Positions 38,886 through 51,501 of a DNA stretch of 64,000 nt are shown here, one piece after another (the first letter of the stretch is position 1; every line of letters starts with the position of its first letter). The notes under the pieces were generated by a model. It was given only the letters and a program-made list of their open reading frames with translations, searched no databases and was not told the DNA's origin. The position numbers and the translations under genes are program-made. The stretch comes from Phoronis australis. Taxonomy: Eukaryota; Animalia; Phoronida. Location of the stretch: contig NMRA01000147.1 in NCBI GenBank assembly GCA_002633005.1, positions 671,179 through 735,178 of the forward strand. Direction: 5' to 3'.

Positions 38886-41800
38886 ATGGCGCAGAGTGTT
38901 CCGTCAAAGTTGAGCTTAAAAAGCACGACTTCAATGTCGTTAAATGAGCGGTGAGAACCACAGCCTGTATTGGCTTCCTGAAACAAAGGGCAATGCCACA
39001 AAAGGCGTACCCACATGCAGTAATGTAATGGCGTCAGTGTCATTGTTAAAAATCTGCTGCAGAATTGCTGCTCATGATTAACTGGCATGTTTCAGACTAC
39101 AATAAAATGCAGCTGAAATGATGTTGCTTAAAGTCTCGACTTGGATTAAATGGATTGCTGGGCTGCATGATGTATTTGTTCACTAATGTTTATTGCCAGT
39201 TTTATGGTTCTCATCTCATGTCAAATGCAGAACTTGAATCCGACGTGGAATCCTTATGCTGTTGTGCTAGAAAGCTGTAAGAGGCCAGATCGCTCGTGTC
39301 ATGTCCAGACCTGGGGACAGGTTAGTAAGAGGCATGCCGAGTGACACATCTAGTGTCCTGCTTTCTTCACAGCTGAACAATTCACATCATTTTTACACAA
39401 CATATATACTTAACATTGGACATGTTAGTATGAGGCATACCAACCTGTTTTCTTCATAGCAACACAAGTCACAGTATTTTAATACAAAGTGCCTTTATTT
39501 AATATTGGAAGTGTTAACATGGAGTGTACGGAGTGACACATCTGTGACACGTTTTCTTCATAGCAGCACGGTTCACAACATTTTTATACAACATGCCTAT
39601 ATTTAACATTGGACATGTTAGTATAATGAGGTATACAGGGTGACACTTCTAGTGCCCTGTTTTCCTCCAGTAACACAACGTGAGTCACAGTATAATATGC
39701 GTAAATGCAGGTCAAATGATATTTTCAGTTTATTTATTGAATGTTAGAAATTTTGTAATAATTGTGGTACACTCAACAACTATTAGACATTATATATTAC
39801 TGAGTCAAATATGGAGGATGACATGTTTAGTTTATTTCAGGTCCATGCAGATAATGCACCTCAACTATTAATCACTTTTTGATTTTCACAGTAAAGGGAC
39901 TTTCTTGGCAACGAATGTAATTTCACAGAAAGTCGCGAGGAGTTTAGGGGTATTTTCCAAAACACCAGTTGATGACTGCTAAATCCATTAAGTATTTGTA
40001 GTAAATTCTTCGCCATATTAACCCATGGTAGTAAGGTATTAAGTTAGTGGGTTCTCTGCTTGAAGCTTTATCAACACGGTGTCAGTAATGGCATATACTT
40101 ATTCGCAAAGCCCATTCGGGAAGGCAGCAGTCGTACACACTTGTATATTCAAAATGGAAGCGACTTCATGCATCTCATCAGAGTTGAACTCTCTACCATC
40201 GTCAGTCATAAACGCACCCATGACACCAAACAAACATACCCAGTTTTTTGTTAAACCATCTATTGCTGAGCTTGTCTTCTCTCTGGTAATGAAGTCAGAA
40301 ACCGTATATCTGGACCATTTGTCAATAATGTGGAGAATCCACTTATCTTCATACTTTTTTTTAGATCTATTGCCACCATTTTCGTTAAACTCGGTGGGTA
40401 GTGCCACTACTGGTCTGGGAGGTGATTTGGCATTATTTACATGGCTCACAGGCTTACTCAATGTCAGACAGAAGTGGGTCAAACTTTCCATGCACCTACA
40501 ACTTTCAATAAAGCAACCAACCTATTATTGGGGAGATGGGCTAATTGTCGGTGGAGTGTTGCAAGTTTGGGTTTCATTTCCTCTGCAGAGGTAGCCTCGC
40601 ATCGCACAATATTCACTTCATCAACTGCGAGTTTCTCCGCCTCAGACCCTAATGCAGGAGAGTGGATATTACTAGCAGGGGAGATAATGACATAACCATC
40701 TGCTCTAGCATTAACAGTCAACGCCGATGCTGTTTCTGGACTGGGACGCTAGTTTTGAACTGGCGTAGGCTGATGAGTCGAGGTCAAGAAGTATTAAGAA
40801 TGTTCGCCTCTTTCAATTTCTGTGCTCAAGAACTGAAGCATCACGCCAAGATCGCTTTCCTTCTCATGACCATCCTTTGTCCACTCCATTCTGATTTTAG
40901 TAGGCAGATGTGATGACAGAACTGGGGTCAAAATTAGGGCATACAAGTTTCCTGATAGACCAAGTGCCTCAAGGCTTCAGACGTGACTGTAAAGTGTCGT
41001 GCAGCTTATGAAGTGAATCTAAAGGAGCTGGTGGCAGAGGATTAACAGAGCTTGAAGGTGCCCAAAAATTATCCTCTCTGGCTTGCTGTACCTCTCTGTG
41101 CCTCTGAAGAAAACTTATTAATGTCTGGCAAACTAGAGTTATTGTTTATCACTGCAGTAAACTGATCCTAGAATGACTGCCATTGGGTAGGTCACCTCTA
41201 AACTTTAGGCAATTCCATCTTTGGAAGACAAACATGACCAGGGTTACCTGTGGTGGCTGTTGCACACGTGGGCGCCGCCATGTTGGACAGACTTTATAAA
41301 AGTCAAAGCTCTCACTCTTGACAACAAAAGGTTGTCCCAAAAAGTTGTGCTTGTTGTTATTTCACCTTTTAAATCTTGTTCCTCCACATAGGTATCAAAT
41401 TTTTTAACTTTGGTGTCTAATTCTGATATTTTATCATTCAACTTGCCATGCTTATGTTGAACCAATAAAGTGTCTGACTCATCGATTGTTTCCACAAGTT
41501 GTTCCAAAGTATTGGCTGTTCTGGTAACCCAAATCTTCACTACTGTCCTCTGCCTCTTCACTGAATCCATTCTAATTTAATGCTCTTCCCCAAACAACAG
41601 GTTTCGGCACCAAGTATTGGATATCAGCGGCGGCAGTAGCCAGGATGGTAGCAAAATCGAGAGTGAAATGCAAAATGTGACTTCTTTATATCATCTATTG
41701 CTGAACTGAACTCAATACACTCGTGGCCACAAGGGCGCGCTAACAAAATACAACAGGTGATATCTATTGAGCACAATCTACAAACACACATAAAAGCTTA

Positions 41801-44800
41801 GTTAAGTTGTCCTCTGCACAAATAAAATCTCTGTTAAATTCTCTATGCACATAATTATAAAACCTCAATTACATTGCCCTTTATACACATATAAAAGCTC
41901 AGCATGAACAATCTCATGTAGAGTCCTCCCTAACATAGAGAAATATCTCTCTTCCACTCGGTTCTGCTTGACATGTCAACAATTGTTTTCCCCTTGTAAA
42001 GCTTTAGCCACATAAAGTCAGTGCCACCTGCTCAAACTGTACGCGTGAGACTGTCGACAGAGCAACAAGCCAATGCCCGCAACAAGAGACAAGCTCAACA
42101 AATGGCCAATCGGCCAGCTGTGCAGAATGCTATGGGGAGAAACCAGGTATGTGATTTTGCAAATATTAAGAATAAACTGTATTGAAAACTTCAGTTGTAG
42201 TGAATTTTCAGTTTCAACGACCTCAAGTAGGCTTTCACCGACTCATAAAACCAATCTAAAAAGTGGCTCCAAAACCAAGAGATAGTGTGGCTCTCTCATC
42301 ATGTTCTTTTGAAGGGGTAACCATATCTCAAAATTTGTTTTATTTTTTTCCGTAACGGAAACCCACTCTTGTTTTAAGAGTGTCATTGTCTCCAAATTCA
42401 ACTGTATGAGCTAAAATTAACTAAGGTACTTCTAACATCACAGATACTTGGAAAACAACAAAAATAGTTATTGTGTTTGGAAATGAAAATGGTGTAAACC
42501 CATGTACAATTTCATATTTAAGATCAATAAACGTCTCATTTTGTGAGCTGCCTTGGGTGTGCATGAATTCAACAGTGCTTGCTGGTGAACAAACATTAGC
42601 AAAATTGCTACAGTATGTCAACTGCTGGTGCAAATGGTATACATTGAAGCACTCATGGAAGACGAGAATATGCACTCGTGTTCTAAACCTCTTAGAGTAT
42701 ACTTACTCTAAAGGGCCGCATGCTTATTTCTGTCTTTTTGAGATGTGTCGCTGAAAGTTATGCTCATTTCGTAGTGTACAAGGCTATTAAAAATGCCATG
42801 ATTGTCTTAAAATGAGCAAAACTGACCAGTTATTTTATGTGTGGCCTATCAAAATTAATTCATGGTTTCAAGTGATTTACCAAGATTTTGTGATGGCAAA
42901 TCTATGAGGGAATTTGTGAATAGTTTTTTTCTCGATAGTCACTGGCTATTTTTCTATATTCATTTTAGAAAACAGTCAAACAGAGGCTAGGGGATATCAA
43001 AGCGAGACTAGGAGATGTAGGGGGTATGCGGGGTCGTGGTGGATTCATCAGACAGCGAGGTGGAGGAGCTCGTGGACGGGGTCGAGGTCAGATGTCAAGG
43101 GGCAGAGGGCAGTACAATAACAACAATTTCGCTGGACGTGGAGCACAAAACTGTAAGCTTGAGTAGAAGTGTTAAACGTGTTGTCAGGTGGAAATGCATT
43201 GTGATGTTTGATAGTTCCTTTCACATACTCAGCTCTTTTTCTCGAAAATCCAACCGTGCATACTTTTGCGGTACAAGCAAACATGTCTTGTTTGAAATGT
43301 TGACACACATTGTTCTGTTGTGCAAGACATGTCAACTGTACCGTGCGTAATTCGGTTTTGTCCCTGAGAATTTCAGTTGCAGTGAAAATATAGTGTTTGT
43401 ATACTGAGGGATTGTGATGCAGTTCCTCTGTAAAGTTGCGGTTGAACAAATAACAGTCAATTAAATGTTTGCACTTTGTTGTAGTTAACAGTTCCAAGCC
43501 AATCCGAGGTGGATTTGCAGGTAACCGAGGAAGAGGGAGAGCAGGTTTCACAGCAAATAGGTAATGAGGTCACATTGGAGTCTTAGAGGTCATTGAGGGG
43601 TGGACTCTTGGAGGCAGATCTATAGATATTAGTATCAGAATACTGTGGCTTAGGTAATGGAAATGGCAAACATTATGGGTATTTGCACATCGTGTGCTCA
43701 CAATTTTCAACACTTCAAGTGCTGATTCAAAAATTTTTAATTATGGTAGCCACTTTGGTAAATATTAAACTAGTAAGAAAGCATGATTATTTGTCAAACA
43801 CTTGCAAGATCTTCATTAGGTCTCCCAACTACCTGAGCATGATCTTTTTCCAAACTGGTTAGACACTTGTATTTGCCTTTGGGATTACAACTTAAGTCTG
43901 TCACTCAGGTGATGTCAGTTGTCACACTTTTGTGGTTAAATAGATGTATTAACTATTACTATACTCCTACAGGTTAATTTCCAGGTTGCTTAAATGGGAA
44001 AACTCAAAAATCAGGGAGTGGGCGTTGAGCTGTGCATGGACATTTTACAGCAAGTTTTTAGGTGGGAGTGGGGGAGGTTTCCAGGAGTGGGGGAGGTTTC
44101 CAGGAGTGGAGGAGGTTTCCAGGAGTGGGGGAGGTTTCCAGGACTGTTGATTTGGGTTAGTGTCCAGGCTGCTGTGATTGTGTCAGATTAAACATGCAAG
44201 AGTCAAATAGATCGTGTTTTGGGAGCCGAAATTTTCATGTGGGATACGTTCACAAAGCCATGGGTGCTTTTAACGAAGTCCTTGTAGAAATTAGTCGTGG
44301 ATGTTAAACCAGGCATGGGTGTTTTTAAAAGTTAAAATTAGACTGAAACTCAAATGTTTAGTCTGTGATCCAGCCCCTTGAGATCATTGTTTTAAAGTTC
44401 AGTTGATGGACAAGGAACAATTGAGTACTGGTAGGTAAATTTCCATTTTAGGAGTTTTGTCGTCCTGACGTCAAATTTGTTGTGTTGAGTTGGTGAATTG
44501 GGTGCATGCTTTTCTGGACCGTGCACTTGAAGAACATGTTGAAAGACAGTAACAGTTATGCCACAAACTTCTTTTCCCAGCCACTGTCTGTTTTGCAGTA
44601 ATCAGGATCGTGCAAACTGGAACTTTCGCGGAAGGCGTCGGTCTAGTACAAACCAGTCTATAGGCCGAAACTCTAATAAAGGCGATCAGTAAGAACCTGT
44701 GATGTCTCAACGACTAATGAATTGCGTTGCGTTTCTCAGCATGTTTATTGTTTTATGCCCATTGTGTTCAGACTCATGGCTGGAATATGAGTTAGTTTAG

Positions 44801-46390
44801 ATGACCAACAAAGCAGGTTTATTTGACCCCCAATATAACTTGTACACACTGCATGCCTGGCATGTTACTGGTCCTATCTATCAAGTCAGGCTCCAGCTCA
44901 TTTATTCACGTTTTCTACGCAGCGTGAATTTGAGGTGACAGCATCCGATTTCTTATGATCGTAATTTTTGGTGGAGGTTTAAAGGTATACTCCTTAGGTT
45001 AAACGCTAGACATTGATTATTTGAGTTGTTCCAGTTTACAACAAGACTCCTTAGATCAGCATGACAGCTGTAGACATTGTTTAAATACACCCATACTGTT
45101 GTGACATCATTCCTAGACAACCATGAACTTTTGGGTGTGTGGTAATCCTGTTGCCTCTGTACTCGTAACTGCTGAATGATGGGAGAACATATCCAACTGG
45201 TTCTGAGATAGACCTAATACTTTGTCTGGGAATGACGTCAGTTGCTTATCCCACATTTGCATACAGAGGCCACTTGGTTGTGAAAGTGTGGAATGCTCTT
45301 CTGGTCCTAGTGCCATTCTTACATATATGAATACACTCCTAAAAGTACTGGGAAAAAACAACTCAGCTGTCGTGAGAATATTTTAGAAGGAAATTTTGAT
45401 TTCAAATCTGAGTTTTGGATATTGGACTTCAAGTCTTGTCCTGCCATTGCCAGAGGCTGAGAAAGGGGCTCAGTGTCGGCAATTCCAGTTGTGGTTGACC
45501 GAGTGTCTGGCTCAAAATGGCACACGACAACATGCATGACACCAAGTGCTTCCTTGAACTGTGTGATAAATATAAACCATAGACGGAACTAGATTGCTTT
45601 AGAGGAGACTTGCTTTTCTCAAATCTTGAATATGAAGGCGTATGAGGTGACGTCGCACGGCTCTCTTTATGATGCATGGAGTTTTTGCTCTAAAACCAGT
45701 TTGATTCCCATTCTGTTTTTGTTGACTAAGTCTAATATCAGAAACTGTGCCGATGATCAAGTTGGTTCCAGAAAGAATTTACAGAGTTCCTTTCACTGGG
45801 ATCACAGTTAGCTTACTGACAGCCTGCTGCAGACACTACTCATTGAAACATGACTATTGATTTTTCAGGACAGATTTCATATGACATGGTAATGCAGTTT
45901 TAGATGCTAGTTTTTGCTGGATTTCATGCTCTACGAAAAAATATTCATCTGTCCAACAGCTGTGAGTCTACAGGCACCAAGCATTGCTAATGTGCCCAAA
46001 TGTTAAGCCAGTAAGGAAATCATGTTACAACTAATCTTTTACACCAATTATTACGTATTCTTGGCTTCATTACAAAGGTGTGGTCGGAACTGGATGGATT
46101 ATTCTGAATAGCTTTGACGATTGCAATTGTACCTAATTCATTACAGGATACGAGGCAGGGGCGCAGGTCGTGGTGTGGGCCGGGGTGCAGGTCGAGGCTT
46201 CCGTGGACGTGGTCGTGGTGCTCAACGAGGAGGAAGGGGTCGTGGAGGAAGAGGCCGTGGGTCAAGAGGCAGAGGTCAGCAGAATGTTACTCAGGAACAA
46301 CTAGATCAACAGCTTGACGATTACATGGCCAACACAAAGACATCACTAGATAAGGAACTCGATGCATACATGGCTCAGTCGGACGATTAA
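38886..46390 (+). CDS. CHTOP: Chromatin target of PRMT1 (Friend of PRMT1), RGG/GAR-rich with C-terminal FoP duplication
   Basis: Exons 38886-38950 ([22 protein letters not shown]), 42002-42146 (...[20 protein letters not shown]), 42969-43152 ([15 protein letters not shown] plus RG repeats), 43485-43560, and 46147-46390 (RG repeats, [37 protein letters not shown]). Phases are consistent. Confidence 0.95.
39339..39680. repeat. Degenerate ~90-110-bp tandem repeats
   Basis: Recurrent gagtgacacatct, ttttcttcatagc and ttaacattggacatgttagtat motifs (3-4 units). Confidence 0.6.
40099..40721 (-). pseudogene. Retrotransposon integrase pseudogene (zinc-finger remnant plus DDE core)
   Basis: ORFs 40479-40721 and 40099-40491 overlap in different frames and carry rve-type motifs ([21 protein letters not shown]). 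Confidence 0.8.
41600..41612 (-). promoter_or_regulatory. Primer-binding site complementary to the tRNA-Phe 3' end
   Basis: + strand GGTTTCGGCACCA matches the 3' end of eukaryotic tRNA-Phe (...GGUUUCGGCACCA). It sits 2 nt from the LTR end and 30 nt before the gag ATG. Confidence 0.75.
44065..44143 (+). repeat. 19-bp G-rich tandem repeat x4
   Basis: Unit ggagtgggggaggtttcca. Confidence 0.9.
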
Positions 46391-46851
46391 TTTCATTTGG
46401 AGTTTTGCAAGTAGTTGATTTATGTAACCTGTTATGCTAAATATTTTGTCACAGAGCAGGATTTGATTTTGTACTTTTTTGTTGCTGAAACAGGCAAAAC
46501 CTTGGGGTGTTGATAGTTTTTTATGTTATTAGGGTTGTTTTGTAATCTCATTTTGTTTTGAAGCAGTGTGTATGAGAGAAAGAGGTTTGGTCAGTACCTG
46601 TCATGTAAATCTTCCAAGTTCTTAAGTAATAATGAAGCACTCCAGCCATATTGTTTTAATGTCAACTATTTGATGGTTGCACAGCTTTTGTAGGTTTCTA
46701 GTATTTAATCCTGTCCATCTTCATTGTAAATGTAAATTATGGTTTAATGGTAATCCATTTTATATCATCTTTTGTACTTTATTTTTATTGTTCAGTGCAA
46801 TCTGTTAGTACCTTTCCACTCATTGGCAAGTACAGGAAAAAAGTTGTGTAC

Positions 46852-47010
46852 CAGTGGCGGATTTAAGGGGAGGGGGGTGCCAAGGGGGCCATGCCCCCCC
46901 CCTAAAATTCTCCCAGATTCCATGCGGCAGTTCAGTTGTGCAAATGTCTGATAGGCAAATTCCTGGCAAATACTCTGCCCTGGCCCCCCAAAATCCTGGA
47001 TCCGCCCCTG
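46852..47010 (+). mobile_element. Complete ~160-bp MITE (CAGTGGCGGATT...GGATCCGCCCCTG) downstream of the CHTOP stop codon
   Basis: Terminal inverted repeats CAG(T/G)GGCGGAT. Third copy of the family in the window. Confidence 0.8.
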
Positions 47011-48629
47011 TGTACTGTCATGCACTAAGTAGCAGGTTATAAGGCGGGCCCATTGCAGTTTAATGGTCTACTTCATGAGAAGTCACTTATCACATAAACA
47101 TCATAAACATGTAAATTAGAAAGAAATGAACTCTTGGAAAGGGCCAGGTAATCTTCAACGTGGCAGTTTTCTGCATGTGACTTCCAAGATTTTCTTTAAA
47201 ATCGTCATTTTCCGGGGTGGCAATTCCAAAATGCAGAGGCACGAATGGTGGACTGTGGGCATTGGAACCGGGGTGACGCGTACCAGTCGAGGTATCCCAG
47301 GGGGTTTGGACGTCTGAAAGAAATTTTCTGAATTTTGAGGTGCCTTTGTCCCCTGTTAAATATTTCTGTTTACACTGACACAGACAATCCTGAGCTTGGT
47401 GTGTAACACATTACACTAACAAAGTCGATCCTTCCAAAGCCCAACAGAAATTTGACTCGGGAGCAATTTTCAACCAATTTCATTCCCATAAGAGGTCTAA
47501 ATCACAATTTGGGTTTTTTGGTAGACGGCTGGGTTATTGCACCATTAATATCTAATTGTGTCTAAAGGGCGATTCTCCCAAAATTGGTCCCAAACTTGCT
47601 AATAATTTTGTGTACTTTACGTAGGGATTCGAAAGTTTGCGTTGACTTTCACAATTCTTATTGCAAGCAAACGCTGTAGCACGCGTTGTGAAATAAATAT
47701 TAAGCGCCTGTTATCAGCGTATTGCGGGCAGTGTGTCAATTTCGCGCTTGACGCATTTCTTTCACTTAGAGCAGCGCGTGTTTTTGAATTTGAATAGACA
47801 TCGAGTGGTGCTGTAATAGACAACTAGTTGCACCTATTGTAAAAGTTCTTAGTTTCATAGTTCTAAGACATTGTTTCAATTACACTATCATGTCAGCTCA
47901 ACTAGGCCATCTCTGCATGGCTTATTTCACGCCTGTTCGTACTTCATTGGACTCATAAACGCAACGGGTGTCTGGCGGAAACCACTGGGACGCCGCCGAA
48001 AACGCTAGCATTAAAAAGTGACTGTGGCTACAGTATAACTGCACAGCGCCACCTGATCCAGTTTTGAGAACACAGTTCATGCCTCTAAACCAACCGCTTT
48101 GGCCCATGTTTTGCTGCCTCGCACTTTTAGCTTTTACAAGCACGTGTAAAACAATTTCACATCTGCACATTTGCCAGTTGTCACGCAGGCCACTATTGAA
48201 TGTACATAACAGAGATTTAATGGTAGTTGTGAAATATACACGAACATGCAGTGTATTTTCTCATAACAAAAAATAAAAGTTCTCAACATTGAGCGAAAAT
48301 TAAGTCAGTCAGTGCAGGCATACACATTGGTCTACTCATCCTCGTGGGAGTCAAACACAGCAAACGGTGCCACTGTGAAGCGACACTTCGCGCTTGCAAA
48401 GATGAAGTAGTAGAATCCTTGCTCGCGCGACTATTTCGTGTAAATCTAGATTTCAAACTTCGAAGAAATTAGTACGTTTGATTATGCTTGGTTCCTCCAT
48501 AGGCCCCGCGATATGGGCGTTATCTTCTGACACAGAAACATCGGGATGCACATCCATGGATCCAGACATATCGGTGTCTTCTTGAGTGGGCGACTAGATA
48601 TCTGTGGAAGCCAAAGTCCTATCATTAAT

Positions 48630-49230
48630 TGGCGTTTCCTAGAGTACTTCCAGAGGAAGAGTCCTCAATGTTCACACAGATAGGTGAGTCTGGAGAGATT
48701 GTTCATGACAAGACAGATCTGCCAAGTGTAGAGAAAGAGACGATTGGTTATTCCGTGGTGAAATGGCAGAGCAACGGCTGTTACTTAAATTGTGACATGC
48801 CGCAATCCTGCCTTTGCTATTTCCGAAAAAGGGTCTACTTCAGAGGAGAGTCCTGGATGTTCACGCAGATAGATGAGTTTAAAGAGATTTTTCATGACAA
48901 TACAGATCTACCAAATGTACAGAAAGAGCCGATTGGTTGTCCTTTTGGCGAAATGGCAGAGCAACAGGGCAGTTACAAGTGGCAAGCCTCAATCCTATAC
49001 CTTTGCCGTTTCCGAAAGAGAGTCTGCTTCATAGGAAGAGTCCCCGGTGCATGTTCACGCAGATAGGTGAGTCGGCGGGAGAGAAGATTGTTCACGACAG
49101 ATCTGAAAACTAGTGTAGCGAAAGAGCCGATTGGTCACAAGCTATAATGGCGAAATGGCAGTGCAACTGAAGCAACAGTTACCTGTAGCAAATCACAATC
49201 TTACGGTACCTTTACTGTTTCCGAGAAAGC
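48630..49230. repeat. ~190-bp degenerate tandem repeat x3, probably internal to a mobile element
   Basis: agagtcc...atgttcacrcagatag...acagatct...gaaagagmcgattggt...gaaatggcag at ~48645, 48836 and 49025. Confidence 0.8.
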
Positions 49231-51501
49231 TTACCGCTGAGAAAATATCGCCGATTTTCAGGCAGGAAGGTGAGAAGAAAAGACATCTCTGACCATTGCA
49301 GAGAAAAAATCGAATGACTGTCCTGGTGGCTGAAGAGTAGAGCTACAGCTGCAGTTACTTGTGGCAAGCTACAATCCTATTTGTACTGTTTTCAAAACAG
49401 ATTCTGACTTCGCAAATTCTGTAAGTTTTCCCGCGGTTTTCTGACGGAACGATGCAATAGCGAACAAAGTTGCGAAAAAAAGACAGATCGAACGATCTAC
49501 CAACGGCAGAGAAAGAACCGGTAGGCCGGGTGACCCTGATGGAGAAAAATCAGAGCCACAATAATTACAACAGTTACGTTCAGTTGGCGAGCCATGATCC
49601 ACGTTTTGCTTTTTTATGAAACAGAGTCAACTTCGAACTGTTATACAAATGTTCACGAAGAGCAACGAGATCAGGGGAGAAGAATGTGGACACTACTGGT
49701 GAACATATTAAGGTAAACGCAGCAGCCTACCCAACAACCGTAAAGATATTCGACATTATGGCGCCAAAGCTTCTGCTGTCACAGGCCAGCCTCAGGACAG
49801 TGCGTCCACAGAACATCAAGAGATTGTCGTCACAAATTTTAGGCCTCGTAACGACCAGGGACGGGTGAATCGTCTCAATTAAGTTCAAATCATCACCCAG
49901 TGCGAAGCCGTCTTCGTCCGTATGGTTTGTCTTTTGCTACAAAGATAACTTGTTATACGTTCGGGATTGCGAGAGGAAAGGCGGATTGCGGCATTAGCAA
50001 CGATCCGTTCATCAGGACACGTGTATGCCTCTATGTTATTTCCACTAAGTAGAAACACAAATTTACTTCACACTCGTTATAATTTTTCATCAGATCAACG
50101 CCACCTTTTGTCGTATATTTTTTTACATTTTTTCCTCCGCGGAGCTCATTTGCAGAAATGTCTTTGTTGCGGCAGGACACAACTCAAGAGAATCTCCACG
50201 GGACAGAATTCACTTCTCTGTCATTTTCAATGCAATTTGCCAAATAGGGTTTGCAAACCACGCTAAGTATGATAAAGTCTCAAATGGCTCCATGAGCCAT
50301 TTCCGAGTCCATAACAAAATTTCATAAATGACTACGTCACGCTGAATAGCTCGACGTCATCAATCGTTCACATCATGACCAGTGAAATGTCAACTGGCAA
50401 TAAACGACATAACCAGCGCGCATCCAAGGCGCCCAGTTAGTATGAATAACCATTTTGTTCAGATAGTTTTCAATTGCCAGTGATTGTTTTTATTTTGTAT
50501 TTCCGAGAAGAAACACCGAACGGAATGAAGGAGGTAGGACTTGTGTCCCGTCTGGTGTTGATTGCCAGGTGGAATTTTTTGCTGTGCTAACCGACTCGTG
50601 TTTTACTGGTAACGTCACAGATTGTTTCTTAAAGATATAACAAGCCGTGCTTCCATAATTTTAAGCTGAGGTGGTTTTGTAATCGGTATTGCACATTGTT
50701 TATTAAAATGTTAATGAACTGTGCGGCTTTTTCACAATGGCAAACAGCGCCAGCTTACTCAAAATTTTGCAATAGGCTAGCTACTGTCTTGTAAGTCCTC
50801 AGCTATATGCACATTGGCTAAACCTTTATTGAAATACAACCGGGAAGTGAGAGCCCAAGACCAAATTTCAGTCTTAAATCTTAAATCACTTTTCATGAAA
50901 CAAACTGTTGGATTTTGAGGAATTGCATCAGTAAGGAAAGTGAGACCAGTAATGTGATACTCCAAAAATTGATCAGGATAGTTACATATTGAGTGAATTG
51001 TCCCCGACTTCAAATGTATGAATGCCGTAAGACTTGCATAATTCCGATCCAACAACACAAAAAGATAAAAGCAGAGTAAGGCAAAATACAACTAATTTGA
51101 AGGTTTGAGGGCATATTTAACTAGAACAATTGTCTCGTGAAACTTGGTCAGGGTTAAGCGAAAATCCAACTTCAGTATGTGGAAATTATGCAAGCTTTAG
51201 CAATAAGGAAATGACAAAAGCATGTGAGAAAAGACAGTAAAAAGTTTCTAAAGCTTAAGCATCTTTTCTTTATTACGTTTTCATTAAATTTATTAATTGT
51301 TATTTATCTCCAAATGCTTTCCAGTTTGGCACAATTTGAACTGAAATGGTCAATTTATGACGAAGGCAGTCCATCTGAATGTTCATGTGACGAACAAGGG
51401 TTGTAGGTCATGATAGTTAAACTTTATCAACTTTAAAATACTATTAGCAACAGTTACAGTCCTATCACAGGGAGAACTGTACGTCTTTGGAATTAGAAAA
51501 G

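Larger units (their letters stand above)
40060..41935 (-). mobile_element. Decayed LTR retrotransposon remnant(s) in a CHTOP intron: LTR, PBS, gag fragment, integrase fragment
   Basis: On the minus strand: LTR-like 41935-41615 (TGTTAGG...CCAATA), a 2-nt spacer, PBS TGGTGCCGAAACC (41612-41600), a gag-like ORF 41570-41244 ([20 protein letters not shown]...), and frameshifted integrase pieces 40721-40099 (HRQLAH; [11 protein letters not shown]; FMTDDGREF; [11 protein letters not shown]). No 3' LTR or RT seen. Confidence 0.85.

Noticed and set aside
39107-39168. Possible SECIS element downstream of an in-frame UGA in the retained CHTOP intron
   Set aside because: The ATGA-to-AA spacing is too short (~8 nt versus 11-12), helix II pairs poorly, and readthrough gives no meaningful peptide.
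39107-39168. Possible box C/D snoRNA
   Set aside because: Both boxes deviate (ATGATGT, CTGG) and I could not identify an rRNA guide. Kept only as a candidate stem-loop.
43036-43551. ORFs 43036-43350 (+) and 43048-43551 (-)
   Set aside because: Off-frame or antisense shadows of the RG-rich CHTOP exons.
48629-49066. 145-aa ORF with an internal duplication
   Set aside because: It starts at TTG and follows the 190-bp tandem repeat, with the frame shifting between units. No recognisable domain.
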